Source of the DNA: Antedon mediterranea | Lineage: Eukaryota; Animalia; Echinodermata | Length of the DNA: 64,000 nt | Assembly: GCF_964355755.1 (NCBI RefSeq) | Contig: NC_092679.1 | Location: 3,812,201 to 3,876,200 of the forward strand | Reading direction: 5' to 3' | Shown here: in pieces, positions 1 to 13,913 of the stretch | Numbering within the stretch: the stretch's first letter is position 1 | Layout of the letters: each line of letters starts with the position of its first letter | Position numbers and translations under genes: made by a program | Notes under the pieces: generated by a model | Told to the model about the DNA's origin: nothing | Database searches by the model: none | Seen by the model: only the letters and a program-made list of their open reading frames with translations

Positions 1-709
1 ATTATGGTTGGAATAAAGTACTACTATAATATACTGTAGTAATAATTTGATGTAAATAATACCTAATTGGATGTAAATCTGTATCCGGCTTAAATAGTAA
101 TCCCTATTTCTGAAAAATATATCAAACATTAATCCACAATACTTGTGTACTGTAATCACATTCATGTTGAGACATTGCTATCATGTGATTTAATATCATT
201 CTATTTTATGATAGATTATTGACGTGTAACAATAAAATTCTATTATATATTTTTATCAATTTACATAAAGATTTTTACATAAATGCTTTCATAAAAAAAG
301 TATGTTTCATTCAAAATCATTACAGTAATGAATGTGGATTGAAAGTTAAAACACAATCGATATTGGATGGATAGATCAAGTATAAGCCCTTCTCAGGTAT
401 AAGCCTATCTATCGAACCTTCATTAGTTCGTACAAGAGGTCGGTGTTAATTTATTTGTCTTCTGTTGTTTTAACTGGCAATATTTAAACAGGAAAGGAAT
501 AGAGGAAGTAAAAGGGAGGAAGAGGGAGAATGTCTGGAGTAATAATGCTGAACACTTCCTGAAATTTATTGTGGCTTTAGTGAAATAGAATTCTTTAGGG
601 AAAAGAAGTTCTGATGTACTGTAGAATTGTAAAAGTTCCCTGTGTTTATGGTACAATAGATAGATTATAATTAGTGACACTGACAAAAAAAATTTAGAAT
701 TTAACAAAA

Positions 710-1040
710 GAGAAAGTAAAAAGTACTGTGCGTTGAAAGCCTTTAAAAATTAATAGTTTAACAGAAGTGCATTATAGTACAGTATATGATGAATTATTAC
801 ATTTCAAACTAAATAAAATGTTCCTTATATCATTTCATATCAGTTTTTCATGGCAACAATAAAAAAGCCATATTTAGAATACAAATGAAAAAGAAAGTGA
901 AAAGTAACGTGGGTTGAAAGCCTTTCACAGTTTAACAGAAGACAGTGCATTATAGTATATGATGATGAATTATTATATTTAAAACTAAAATATTCCTTAT
1001 ATCATTTCGTATATAAAGGCAACTGAGTTCATGGCAACAA
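710..1040 (+). repeat. Diverged tandem duplication (~185 bp x2)
   Basis: gttgaaagcctt...gtttaacagaag...gtgcattatagta...gatgaattatta...ttccttatatcatttc...ttcatggcaacaata occurs at ~710-860 and ~890-1040. Confidence 0.8.
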
Positions 1041-2274
1041 TATTGTTATTGTGTACAGTAATCTATCTAACAGAATTGACCATTGAATTACTTAACCATG
1101 TCAGGCCAGTCACGTTTTGACCAACAGTGACATCATTCATCCTGTTAAAATCTATACCATCACAGAAACTAATTTTGTCATAAAGTGACCATCCTTCATT
1201 TAAATTAAAACAATTGATGAGTTTAAATGTAATGACCATGATTACTGACCAACTAGTTTAATTAAATTCATAAATGGCTAATAATTGCATTTTAATTTTC
1301 AATGGTAACTAAAGTCAACGTTCTGACATCAATACAGTTTCTATGAATTCTCTCCCGAAACTTGATAGTTTGGATGACAAATATTGTTGAATTTATAAAA
1401 TATTCATAGTATTATTATTAGTAGACTGTTAATTATTTATGGTTCATTAGAAATAATTGGCAAAAAAGATACTTGAAAACATGTATACAGTATTGAAAAC
1501 CATCGATATACTTTTGTCATTCTAAGAATTTTGTCTAAAGTAAATGTCTGTCAAACCAAGTAGAAGAAGTTTAAAATAATACAGTGACTGAGAAGTTTAG
1601 TTACAGCTACAGGCCTGTGGCTGTATTCACCATTCACACTCACAATTACAGTATACAGTACTCATATTACATAAACTTGTGTGCGAATTTAGCCTAATTT
1701 AGGTGGTGGGACAATACTAGCGGATAGGATTACTGTATACTTACTGTAGTCATATGGTTATACAGATAAGTATACTTTTAAATGTTGTCGTAATCACAAA
1801 CATTGTAAGTAAAATTCGGCACCAAAAAAATTGTGAAATAGACAGTTTGTAATTGAGATGTTTGTCACGATTTTAAACAGGTTACCGGTTTTATTGCGTA
1901 GTAGTCGTTTTGTACAGGAAATATGAAATCCAAGACTTGATGGTTAATAGCAGTATGGACTGTAACAAGTCCCTTGGTGATTTGTGTCCAACTGGTATAG
2001 AGTATTAACCCTAGTAACAATATCCACAGACTTAATAGCCAGGCTAGACACAGGCTAAGCTTTTCACCACAATATCATTTAAATAACATATTTCATCTCA
2101 TCATAATACTTGGTTACCAGATTATTGCGAGATCAGTGCGAGGTGTACAGCTGAAACAGGTCTCTTTTTATGACCACAAAGATTTGGTTTCCCTATTACA
2201 TAATTATTGTAACATACTGTAAACTATGGCACGCCAGGACGGACATAACTATGACAAGTTGACCTTGCTGTTTA

Positions 2275-2428
2275 TGTAGACATCGCTCGTGTTGAGTTTA
2301 CACATCGCTCGTGGTATGGAGACATCGCTCGAGTTGAGTTTACACAAAAACTCAACACGCGCGATGTGTAAAAACTCAACACGCGCGATGTGTAAAAACT
2401 CAACACGCGCGATGTGTAAAAACTTAAC
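2275..2428. repeat. Inverted array of 24-bp units (foldback-like)
   Basis: AAAAACTCAACACGCGCGATGTGT x3 preceded by three degenerate reverse-complement units (acatcgctcgtgttgagttt). Confidence 0.8.
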
Positions 2429-3098
2429 TACTATTCATTAAATACTGTCATTGCACTCAGACTTGGAGTAAAATACATTAATGTACGAAAATCAATTAAC
2501 CTTCCTACAAACTGTCTACATCTCTATAAGACCACATCATACACCCCATTACCCTGATTATACATTGTAGTCAATGTAAACATACTAATTGGCAGCCAGG
2601 CCTAATTCACCATAATTCTGGCTCCAAAGTTTAACAATTAAATCTTTTCTTACAAGTAGGTAAAACTATGCCAGTTGGAAATCTATACCTATACTATTAT
2701 ACCACTGTTCATAATATGCGCACAGATGCGTAATAAAGGCTGTGTAAACTGTAATTGTGTAAGTGTAATTTTTCAGGTTTAGGAGGTAACACTTCGACTG
2801 ATAGTGTCTAGATCGTTGGGTACCGACTGCGGAACCTATTGAGTTTTGACAGGAAATCTTGGTAAGCCAATACAAATGGTTAGATAGACAGTGATCCTAC
2901 AAGTACTGGCTGCTAGCTTATAATATTTACTCAGTGCACAAATTAAAAAATAATTATACTAAAGTTGATAATTAACAGTATTTTGCTTATGAAATATATT
3001 GTATTTGTTTATTGTATTTAACTTCAACAACTGTTGTGGGAATGGCTATTACTTGTGTTAAAATCATGGTATAGAAAGAATGACAAAATAACTTTACC

Positions 3099-3303
3099 CA
3101 GGCCTTGTCTTTTAAGGTGAGCGAGTACGATCACTCACCTAACACACTCCTAAACTTCCCTTTAGGAGTGCGATTTACAAAACACTTAAATTTGGTAAAC
3201 TTCTGCACACTAAAATACAAACAGCACACCTACAGCTGCACCCCTGAATGTATTGAGGAGTGCAATTTGTAGCACACCTATCATTTTCTAAAGACAAGGA
3301 CTG
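3099..3303. mobile_element. Non-autonomous TIR element (CAGG termini)
   Basis: CAGGCCTTGTCTTT ... AAAGACAAGGACTG; related degenerate copy at ~29981-30180. Confidence 0.55.
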
Positions 3304-3764
3304 TTTACCAATTTGCTTCTCCGACAAAAGGATATCTGGTCAAATTAAAACATACTGTACGCAATTCCTACACATGACACAACGAGTCTAATTTGCACTA
3401 ATGGGATTGAATATTTTTACAAATTCTCATTTTGCTGATTCAATCAACGTTATGTGTGCCCGTTGGTAACTGTAATTGCTAGATATGGTAATATCGTTCA
3501 TCTCCATCAATCCCATAAAACATAACACGATGTTAGGTAATTGAACTTGCCTCGCAAAACAATCTGATAATTAGTTAGGGCTTTGGAAAAAAAGAACTAT
3601 GATGTCATTAGTTCATCACAAAGTGTGATGAACTAGTGACATCATGCGTCTTTTTTTGGAGTGTGATGAACTTTGTGCATCTTATCTATTATAATCTATT
3701 ATGTAACAACAAAGTACAACGATTGAAAACTGTGCAAAACATCATTATTGTACTGTAGTTACTT

Positions 3765-5410
3765 TGATGAATCTAGAACACTAAGGTGTGCACCTATACA
3801 GTATACCAACAGGGCACAATGCTTTGAAAAATGTGCATTATAGTATAGTACTGTATGATCCTAGAACACTAATTAGTGCATCTTACATGCCAATGGGGCA
3901 CAATGTTTTGAAAACTGTGCAATAGTATGATGACCTAGAACACTAATTAGTGCATCTTAACCTTACATATGGCAATGGGGCACTATGTTTTCAAAACTGT
4001 GCATTATAGTATGATGATCCTAGAACACTAATTAGTGCATCTCACATGGCAGTGGGGCACAACGTTTTTAAAACTGTGCATTATAGTATGATGATCCTAG
4101 AACACTAATTAGTGCATCTCACATGGCAGTGGGGCACAACGTTTTTAAAACTGTGCATTATAGTATGATGATCCTAGAACACTAATTAGTGCATCTTACA
4201 TGGCAGTGGGGCACAACGTTTTTAAAACTGTGCATTATAGTATGATGATCCTAGAACACTAGTTAGTGCATCTTACATGCCAGTGGGGCACAACGTTTTT
4301 AAAACTGTGCATTATAGTATGATGATCCTAGAACACTAATTAGTGCATCTTACATGCCAGTGGGGCACAACGTTTTCAAAACTGTGCATTATAGTATGAT
4401 GATCCTAGAACACTAATTAGTGCATCTTACATGCCAATGGGGCACAATGTTTTGAAAACTGTGCAATAGTATGATGACCTAGAACACTAATTAGTACATC
4501 TTAACCTTACATATGGCAATGGGGCACAACGTTTTCAAAACTGTGCATTATAGTATGATGATCCTAGAACACTAATTAGTGCATCTTACATGCCAATGGG
4601 GCACAATGTTTTGAAAACTGTGCAATAGTATGATGACCTAGAACACTAATTAGTGCATCTTAACCTTACATATGGCAATGGGGCACAATGTTTTCAAAAC
4701 TGTGCATTATAGTATGATGATCCTACTGTAGAACACTAATTAGTGCATCTTACATGCCAATGGGGCACAATGTTTTCAAAACTGTGCATTATAGTATGAT
4801 GATCCTAGAACACTAATTAGTGCATCTTACATGCCAATGGGGCACAATGTTTTGAAAACTGTGCAATAGTATGATGACCTAGAACACTAATTAGTGCATC
4901 TTACATGCCAGTGGGGCACAATGTTTTGAAAACTGTGCAATAGTATGATGACCTAGAACACTAATTAGTGCATCTTACATGCCAGTGGGGCACAATGTTT
5001 TGAAAACTGTGCAATAGTATGATGACCTAGAACACTAATTAGTGCATCTTACATGCCAATGGGGCACAGAGTTTTGAAAACTGTGCATTATAGTATGATG
5101 ACCTAGAACACTAATTAGTGCATCTTACATGGCAATGGGGCACAATGTTTTCAAAACTGTGCATTATAGTATGATGATCCTAGAACAATAATTAGTGCAT
5201 CTTACAGTACATTACATGGCAATGGGGCACAACGTTTTTAAAACTGTGCATTAAAGTATAATGATCCTAGAACACTAATAAGTACATCTTAATCTTACAT
5301 GCCAATGGGGCACAACATTTTGAAAACTGTGCATTATAGTATGATGATCATAGAACACTGATTAGTGCAAAGGGGCACAACATTTGATGATCGTAGAACA
5401 CTAATAAATG
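3765..5410 (+). repeat. 77-bp minisatellite, ~21 copies
   Basis: Unit ATGATGATCCTAGAACACTAATTAGTGCATCTTACATGCCAATGGGGCACAATGTTTTCAAAACTGTGCATTATAGT; period 77 (4021 to 4098); degenerate at both edges. Confidence 0.95.
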
Positions 5411-7959
5411 CTAGTTATCTATTGATATATTTAAACCAGATCCAAAATTGATCATCACAAATTCACCATTTCATCTTCCACCATCACCGCCCGTGTATAA
5501 AGTGTAATTAAACTTGCAACATCGGGAACAGCTTAACCCATTGGATGCTAATTACTAGTGTGACCTTATCTATCTGACCTACATCTTGATAAAGCTAAAA
5601 ATAACAAGTTACCAGTCAATGGCCTGGAAACGTATGTATGTTTCATGACAAATTATGAATAAATGATGTAAATCTATTAAACAATGTGTTTGTATCAACA
5701 AAAACAATTACTGGCTATAATTTGTCAGGTTGTGCAAACTTCAGCTTCAACTTACACTATTCATTTCCAAATTGTATGTGATTAAAAAATAAAATAAGCA
5801 AAACAGTGGGGAAAACCAAAAGAGCAATGCTCATTCTATACATTACACACTGCCTGTATATGTACATACATGACACAAACAATGTCATTATCTCAGTGAT
5901 AAATTAATACAACACTACTGAATACTATGGAAAATGATTCACGAGGGGTACATGACAATTGGTTGGTCATCCTATATGCCCACCACACAGGCACAGGCTA
6001 AACAGGCTTTAACCCACCTAAAATTTAATAGCCATGTCTTTAAAATATAAAATAATGACTATTTTCATTTTTCTGCAATATCATTTTTATCATTTATGAA
6101 ATACTGTATATCTCCCTCCCCCTAATATAATGCTGGATATTAGCTCCCTGCCTCCATCCTTCCTTTCCCTCTCTCCATATCTCTTAAAAAACCCAGTGCG
6201 ACTCGAACCTAGTTTTGTGAATCTACAACTATACCCTATGATATAAAGCCACTATAAACCATGACCAAGTTTACAGAAGTTCAGTGGTTTTGTGGGTAAA
6301 ATAACGATCTTTGTTTACTTTTGATAACAATCTATGACGTAGATTTTCTGATGTGAGTGGGATGGTAGATACAGTACTTTCATAATTTATGGTTTTGAAA
6401 GAAAAGAAAAGATAAATGGTTTCATTGTATCAGAAGGAATGGACAATAATTACGACATAAACCACAATGTTAATGTTGGTACTAAATTTTAATTTGATAA
6501 AATTTACTAGGAAGAAAAGGAGCTTTCCAATAACAGGATGGGTTTTCAAAGAACCAAGCACTAAACAATAACACGCTTAAAAGTCGTTAATCACTTTACA
6601 AGTTGAATATTCATGATGTACAGTAACCTCTGCAATTAAAACCCCAAATTTGCAGAACTGTTATCTACTGTACAACATTATCTTAAAGGTTATTTAGTTC
6701 CTTTAAATTGTTTTCTCATTCATTCACATTTATTTTAAACATTCCAAGAAAAAAACAAGCATGCAATTTACAATTGGTGGTAACAATTGTAGGAGCAGTT
6801 TTAGAGATCGGAAATAGGAGTAAAATAACTTCTCTTATACCAACCCTTAAACAGGAAAAAAGAAAAATAAACAACTGCATTTATTTGTGGACGGAACCCT
6901 CTGTATATTATACTTTTGACTAATCTTTTAATAAAATTAACGGAACCATTTATCTAGCCTACTGATAGCACCTTACTATAGGCACAAGCTAAAGACACAT
7001 CCAAGCACCTCCCTCTTTTACTTAGCACATCAAAGCTACATCAAATGTACACACTACATATTGATCTATTCTAAAGTCACTATACTATACAAAGTTATGT
7101 CAATATCATTATGACTGCTATCTTCGTGATCAGTCAATATCAGTATACTTTAAAATCTGGGTTAAAGTACTTCAACTTATCCAAATATTGGGAAAATATT
7201 AAAAACATCCTAGACAAGGATAAACACATTTCCCATTTAAAGTCAACAGGAAAAGATTAAAGTTAAACAAGGTATCATTTCAGTGACATTGATTAGTCAA
7301 CTGGGACAGAAATTTTAGTGTTGTTTTATACAATTTTGGGAGACTTTTTGATGTCAAAACATATAGTACTATAAACAAGCATAGTTTTAAATGAGAAACA
7401 ATGCTCAATACTTTATTAGTTCAAAGTTGGACAACCTACAGTAAAATGTTTGCTCTTTAAAATGCACAATTGTTTGATAAAAAACGCCTCCAGAAATACT
7501 AGTTCTATTTACATAAAACACTTATCTGTGAGCGCGATTGTAGTCAATGAAAAATATAACTTCATATATTCATTTTATCTAAACAACAACCCCACGCTAT
7601 GAATGTGTTTACCGGCAACTTGACTTTTAAACTTTCCACTTTCTTCTTCTTGTTGATCTTTCACTTTTATTTTATTTGTAGCAAAAGTTCAAATGGACAG
7701 AGGAAATGTACCAGATACGATGTCGGATGTTGCCATAGATAATCTTAATTTAGCAAGACCGCCAAATAATTAAAGAGTAACTGTACATAAAGAAATGGAC
7801 ATGAAATTTGATTTATTATTATCTATAGTAGTACTACGGTACATATTTAACAAAAATGTCATACTCAAACACAAACTCGCCAATTTTATAGTTTATCATG
7901 CATATAAACTAAGTCTCATTGAGGCTATAGGGAGTGGAGCTGAAAGAGTTGTAATACAA

Positions 7960-8032
7960 CCCTGGCATAAGGTCAGAGGATTGAACCCTCGACCTAGGGA
8001 TTGGAAGGCAAGCATGTTAACTAACAAGCTAC
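7960..8032 (-). mobile_element. Degenerate tRNA-derived SINE head / pseudo-tRNA
   Basis: Minus strand TAGCTTGTTAGTTAACATGCTTGCCTTCCAATCCCTAGGTCGAGGGTTCAATCC: A-box-like and B-box, but stems do not pair. Confidence 0.5.
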
Positions 8033-10596
8033 AACTCTATAGCTCTACATTATAAACTGAATCAACCTAAAAAATTAATTTACCATTTCCAAATGTTTGC
8101 TACAGTATATTTCTTTTCTTGTTAATTTTGTTTGGCTACTATTGTACATTAGTTGTGAGAATAGGTAAACACCCAAACAGAGTTGAAACACTTGTATAGA
8201 ATTGGATCAGAGTATAAATAAACAATGGCTATTGAATTTACTGTAGCAAACAGATAAGCATCCACGATGAGTTATCCAGCATTAGAATGGTTTGTTTGTG
8301 GAGCCTAAAGATTTACATAAAATTATCTTATAATAAGATCAGAAGACAATTAAAATCTGAATAAGAGAAAGGATTGTGCAAGATTATTGCTGTCAAATCA
8401 GAAATCTTGATAGTGCCATTCCCACCATTAATAGCATCAGATAAATACGGCACAGTCAGATAAGGATATTTTAGAGATATCATCTCTTTGATTCTATTAT
8501 ATAAATAAAATATACTGTAACATTATGGAATAACAAAGTAAATTGGAAGCAAATAAATAATATGTTTGTTCACTGAATAGAATATACACTATTAAGTACT
8601 GTAATTTTATAGTCAAAGAAGTCGTCAAAATATTACAATTAAAGATTTCATCCAATTCAGATAAAAACACATTTCAGTTACTAACACAATCTATAATATT
8701 GAAACTCGTATTCTGTTGACCTAAGGTGTTTCAATTGACCGTTTGTCCAAAGGGTCAATACGAGATGACCACTCATCTGAACACAGCACTTGAGGCAATG
8801 AATATTGTGTTTACACTGGCATTTAATTTAATTCACAGTTTGGTTCTTGATCTAACAAACTGTCAATTTTCCCAAGTGAGATATTTTTTAATAGATTGCC
8901 CGGACATTAGGTTTTCATTGGGACTGTCATATTATAAGTATTTTAAAACGTGCACTAGTAGTGTAGTACACTATTAATGTGACTATTAAACATGGTAAAA
9001 CTGCTTTCAATTTTTTTTTTATCTATAAATAAGATCATAAATGTTTTAAGCAAACAATACCCTGGTACAGTACAAAGTCCAAAATAAAATGACACCACCA
9101 TGACTATCATTTTAATCTCGTCATCGCATCATAGTTTTACTTTACAGTTTGTTCCACTATACTACTGTACTTTTTTAATATACCGTAACCTGGCAACTTT
9201 TAAAGTTACCTTTATACAGTGTATGCAGTAGGAATTTTTCAATCAATTTATTAATATTACTACAAACTGTGAACTCTTCCAAAACTTGACACCATTTTTT
9301 ATACAAAAAAAAAAGGAAATATTTGTTTACTATTCTTTGCAGCAATATTAAAATTAGTAAATTTTGCAAAGGTTTTAATTTTCATTTTAGTTTGGATAAA
9401 GTGCAGTATCACAACATTTATTATCCATATTTTTGAAAAATATTTCATAGTTGTACAACAAATATTAATTTTTAATTAATATTTCATTTTTAATTAAAAG
9501 TATTATCAGAAAGAGTTATTCGAACTTTTCCCTCGTATTATAGAATATGAGATAGCTTTTAGTACTGTACGTCTATGACACAGATTGATAAAAACCATTT
9601 ACTAATTTCCGAGGCATTCAGTACAAATTATATTTAAATAAAGCTAATCTATTTTTATAGGTCTACATGTTTATCTGTTTTATAAATTTAAGGGAAAGAA
9701 AGTACAGTAGTTTTAATATCAACATCAAAATTTATTATCCTCATAATTACGACCAATGAAATAGGTCATGTCACTGACCTTTGATAACCTATGAGACAAC
9801 ATTTTCTCACAAAGTTACATTCAAGCAAATAGTCTCATGAGGGTCATCATAATTACCATTAAAACTTCTTGAAATTGTTTTTTGATTACATGGTCATTTA
9901 TAGAATAATATTCTGGTGCCAAAGTTAAAAATGAGTTGAGAATGAGAATGAGAATTTATCACTGCATTAGTATTACCCAGGAGGGACAAAATAGGTTGGC
10001 AAAATTTCCTGGTACTGTATTGTGCTTGGTGGTGTGTCATTAGTTGACCCTAGCTTAGTAGGGGGCAGAGTGAGGGCTTAAAGGTGTGATGAGTTGAGAG
10101 GATTCACATCACACAGTGAGAATAGGATGAAGAGTCATACCAGAATAAGGGACCACCTTATAGTTAACTATAATCAGATGAACTCAGGGATGTTATAAAA
10201 TGTTTGAACATTATTTATTGGTGGTGTATATTTATTCTGCAATCTCTAAAGCCTGCTTTGTTTGCGCGAATCAAAAGCGCCAGCTATACGCATGCATATT
10301 TATCATTCAATTTTCAAATCTCTTTCTACAACGAATTCTAGTTCCCAATTCAGCGAAATTGGTACAGTAGTTCAAATTTTTGCGTTGCGAAAAATGCATA
10401 ACCAATCAGAGTTCAGGAAATGAATAATGACGTCATTATAAGGAGCACTCACATAAATCGAAATACTCATTAGACACGTGATGGAAATGAAAATCACATC
10501 GCTCCTGAAGTGGAAAGGGTAGCATGATTTTGTTCTTTGCTTTAGTGGAAAAAAGGCTTGGAACTGGGAATCTCAAAATGACTAGAATGTACTTAC

Positions 10597-11023
10597 CCCT
10601 TATTTATTATGGCTTTTTCTCTGAATGTCTTCGGCCTGACAAGTCCATCTAAAGCTTCTCTTGTAGGTACTTGTGGACTGTTTGTGAGCGACATGTTGAG
10701 GCCTTCACAAGACCCATCACTATAGCTAGATCCTGTGCTATATATTGACACAGCTGTTCCGTTTTGTCCTGGGAAACTTGAGTTAGATCCGGGTGTACCA
10801 GGGGTATTGGTACCGGATCTGGATTTATTAAAAGGTGTCGGGGAGTGTGGAGCAATTCCGTCCAAGCTCCCGGTAGATGCTAAATCAGCACTGTTACTAG
10901 ACGCCATTGAGTCTCGGTCTCGGTCACCACGCTTTTTCCTTATCGTGTCTTTACCATTTGGTTTTAATAACGATTTTTCTTGGGGCCGCCTTAAAAATGA
11001 TAGTTCTTCTGGATGACGAATAC
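10597..11023 (-). CDS. FERMT2: Kindlin coding exon 3 (F1 loop); gene continues beyond window start
   Basis: GIRHPEELSFLRRP...Ser/Thr-rich F1 insert...RPKTFREKAIINKG. GTAAGT donor at 10596. The expected next exon (WLDSS motif) was not found in 1-10596. Confidence 0.92.
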
Positions 11024-11204
11024 CTTTATACAAATGAATGAACAAAAAATGTAAAGTTAACATGTATGCACCTCCTCAAATTATCATAATGGGTAATAAA
11101 GTAGGTTGGCGAGGCGTCCTTTTGCCACTACAACTAGTAAATCACTTGTTTAACAATGATTTAATTAATCATAACTGCAATCTAATAATAAATAATTAAC
11201 TTAC

Positions 11205-11438
11205 CAAGATCTTTACACAAATCCTGTACAGCATTAAACACCATACTAGAGAAACTGACAGGTAGGTCGAGGAGTTGCATGTCTGGTAGCTGTACTCGCA
11301 GTGTTTTATGCATCGGTGTGAACCAGAGTTTAGAATCGGCCATCACGTGACACTGGTCAAGCGTTGAGTTGGTTCGAAGCAGCCAGGTGTTTTTATCTGG
11401 CCACCACATTGCGTGGTCAGACCAGTCCATTGTCACAT
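11205..11438 (-). CDS. FERMT2: Kindlin coding exon 2 (F0/F1)
   Basis: [29 protein letters not shown]...[15 protein letters not shown]...AVQDLCKDL, with the kindlin DWSDHA.WW and FTP.HK motifs. AG/GT boundaries, phase 1-1, joins the exon 19 kb upstream in frame. Confidence 0.93.
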
Positions 11439-12802
11439 CTGCAAAATTAATTGTAATCTACCGTAGTATAATAGTCTTGTAAGCTCTGTAGCTCTTCACG
11501 GGCGGCATATAAAAAATGTCCAGTTTTGCAAGTAGTACAATATATTTATCAGGGAGTTGTAAAATACAACTCCCTGATATTTATTGTATAATATTAATAA
11601 AATAAAAATGTAAATATTGTAGTCAATGACCTCAAAAACTACAATTTGGAACCTAATGCTATTGATCCATAATATATAAACCATGTTTCATGATCCCATC
11701 ATTGGAATAATTTAATTATATAATCTGCTAAATATTGAATGGCAATTTACAGTGACTGACTGGCTAAACCCAGAGGCCCCGGAGCTTATGGGGGACCAGA
11801 GCAGTGTCCAGAGGGAAAAAACAGCCATTAAAATATATCGAAAAAGGCTAAAACGCCAGAGCCCTCCAGCATTGGGTTCCTAATCCAGGGGCCTCTGCGT
11901 TACTCCATTGACTGTAGATATTTGAAATGGTACTTTATACTTATAGATATCTGAGAACAATCGCCTCTACCCAAGACTCAAACTTGAAACATTTGGATGT
12001 AAACAAGTACAACTGAATTAAGAATGAACCATGAACAGCACTTTTAAACGCATCCTTCTAAACGCTGCTGCGCTTAGAAGATGACTTTTGAGCCGATACC
12101 CATTAACTACTTAAATGATTTATTTTAAAACGCACTGTGATGATTGCACCTAGCTAGCAGAAAAAGACACTTCCCATGAGAATTGTAGGCATGGAGAAAG
12201 TTAATCCTTCTGACATAAAATAATATAATTTATAATGTCAAAAACAATAGTGTGTGAAGTTGCTTGTTTTTTTAATCTATTTTGAAATGAACAGTTCAGT
12301 TGGTGTTACGCAGCAGGAACAGACCCCAGCATATTAATATAAGAAGCACTGTACCTACTGTAGTATGAGATGTCAGATAATGACACTCCTGTATCTCTGT
12401 ACAGTATATCGTTATTATGTGACATATAGAAGATATCCGATTGGTATAGGATGGTGGAGAGGGAGACAAATGGGAGAGAACTTTTCTCAAGCTTTGGGGC
12501 TCAAAAGGAAATTTATTAGATAATTCTTGTATCATGGTTTAGTTGACAGACAGCCTTATTATTGAAGGCTGAAAGTGTAATATGGTGATGATGATCATGA
12601 GAAGGCTAGATCACTCTGAAGGGAGTCACAAAAAAACGTGAAAGATGATAAACAAGGGTCTTGTATACAGTTACCATGACTACAATTCTAAAAGAGACTA
12701 TAAAAGAGGCAATATAGATGAGGAATATTATGCTAACAAGTCAGAAGTACTACACTTTCGTTTTTTCATATTCATTGTATCATATTAACATTTAATATTT
12801 AA

Positions 12803-13427
12803 AGACCCCTTCCCTGCAATTTTGGACGTTTTTTGGAAAATAATACATATATATCACTTTAAAAACATTAAACCATGTCATTCCTTGTCTTAAATGTACG
12901 TTTTATGGTAAATTATGATAAAAAGTGAGAAACAATGCACTACCTAAGTAGCTCGCGGCGATCGACCTCTCGTGGATGGTCTTAGGCCTAGCCTGGCTAG
13001 GCTTAGTTTTTTAGGCCTAGCTGGTAAACATCGGTAACGTACGAACATCGTACGCTAGCTATATACCTAGCCTGACGTTGTATAGTTGCTGCATTAATTG
13101 TCTTTCTATTTTTGCCAGACTCCGTTGATACAAATTGGGGAAAACCCGATATTTTCGCTGAAAAGTTAGGAGTCTTCCATTTGTTTTGGCCTCACGATCG
13201 ATCGAAAAGTGGGCGAATTACAGGTGAAAAACAAAAATATCAATCCGCGCGCAATGCATTTTGGGATTTATAGCGGGCCGCTATAATTATTAAAATCGAC
13301 TTATTTTTCACATTTTAACCGTTTAAAGACGAAAAAAGTTATCGCAATAGGACCATATAGTATTATTTTTACATTAAATATAGTTTGTGATCTTAAATTA
13401 GATCTAAAAAACGTAGGGAATGGGGCT
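12803..13427. mobile_element. Non-autonomous DNA transposon, Kolobok-like (TTAA TSD, AG...CT ends)
   Basis: TTAA|AGACCCCTTCCCT ... AGGGAATGGGGCT|TTAA; CpG-rich interior within a CpG-poor intron. Confidence 0.7.
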
Positions 13428-13742
13428 TTAAATCTTTAATATTTAATACATAGCATAAAATTCAGATAAAATTGTGTAATTTTAAACTGCCTCAATAAGG
13501 CCTCTGATGTATCATACAATATTACGTACAGCTCATTCACGTGAAAAACTGAAATGATGAATAATATGGCATCAGTCAGATTTTTATTGCATTACAACGT
13601 GTTTAATGAGAAATAAACCAATGAGGCCTTTGGGTAAAAATATTAAATTGTACTATCTACCTGCTATTAATAGAGTACTGTCGTGGAAAATAAACATTTT
13701 TTTTTTTTGTAAAAAAAAAAGGGAAATAAGATTGTTATATAA

Positions 13743-13913
13743 AGCTCTGTCTACACTATCAACTAGTTTGACAAAAAAAGCGTGATGTGCCCAAATATGT
13801 TGGTAGTGATATGACATCATCGTGTCCATATGTTGGCACATCACATTACCATGTACAGTATTTGTCACATTACCATGTACAGTATTTGTCACAAAAAGTC
13901 TGTAGATAGATCT
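13743..13913. mobile_element. Harbinger-type MITE family A
   Basis: AGCTCTGTCTACACTATCAA left TIR, family interior, degenerate right TIR. Confidence 0.8.

Noticed and set aside
3765-5410. CRISPR-like array or box C/D snoRNA cluster (ATGATGA in each unit)
   Set aside because: No unique spacers, no cas genes, eukaryotic context; no CTGA D box, and the C-box strand is antisense to the host gene.
7960-8032. Functional tRNA-Gly gene
   Set aside because: Acceptor and anticodon stems do not pair; better explained as a SINE head.
10735-11016. 93-aa plus-strand ORF
   Set aside because: Antisense shadow of kindlin exon 3.
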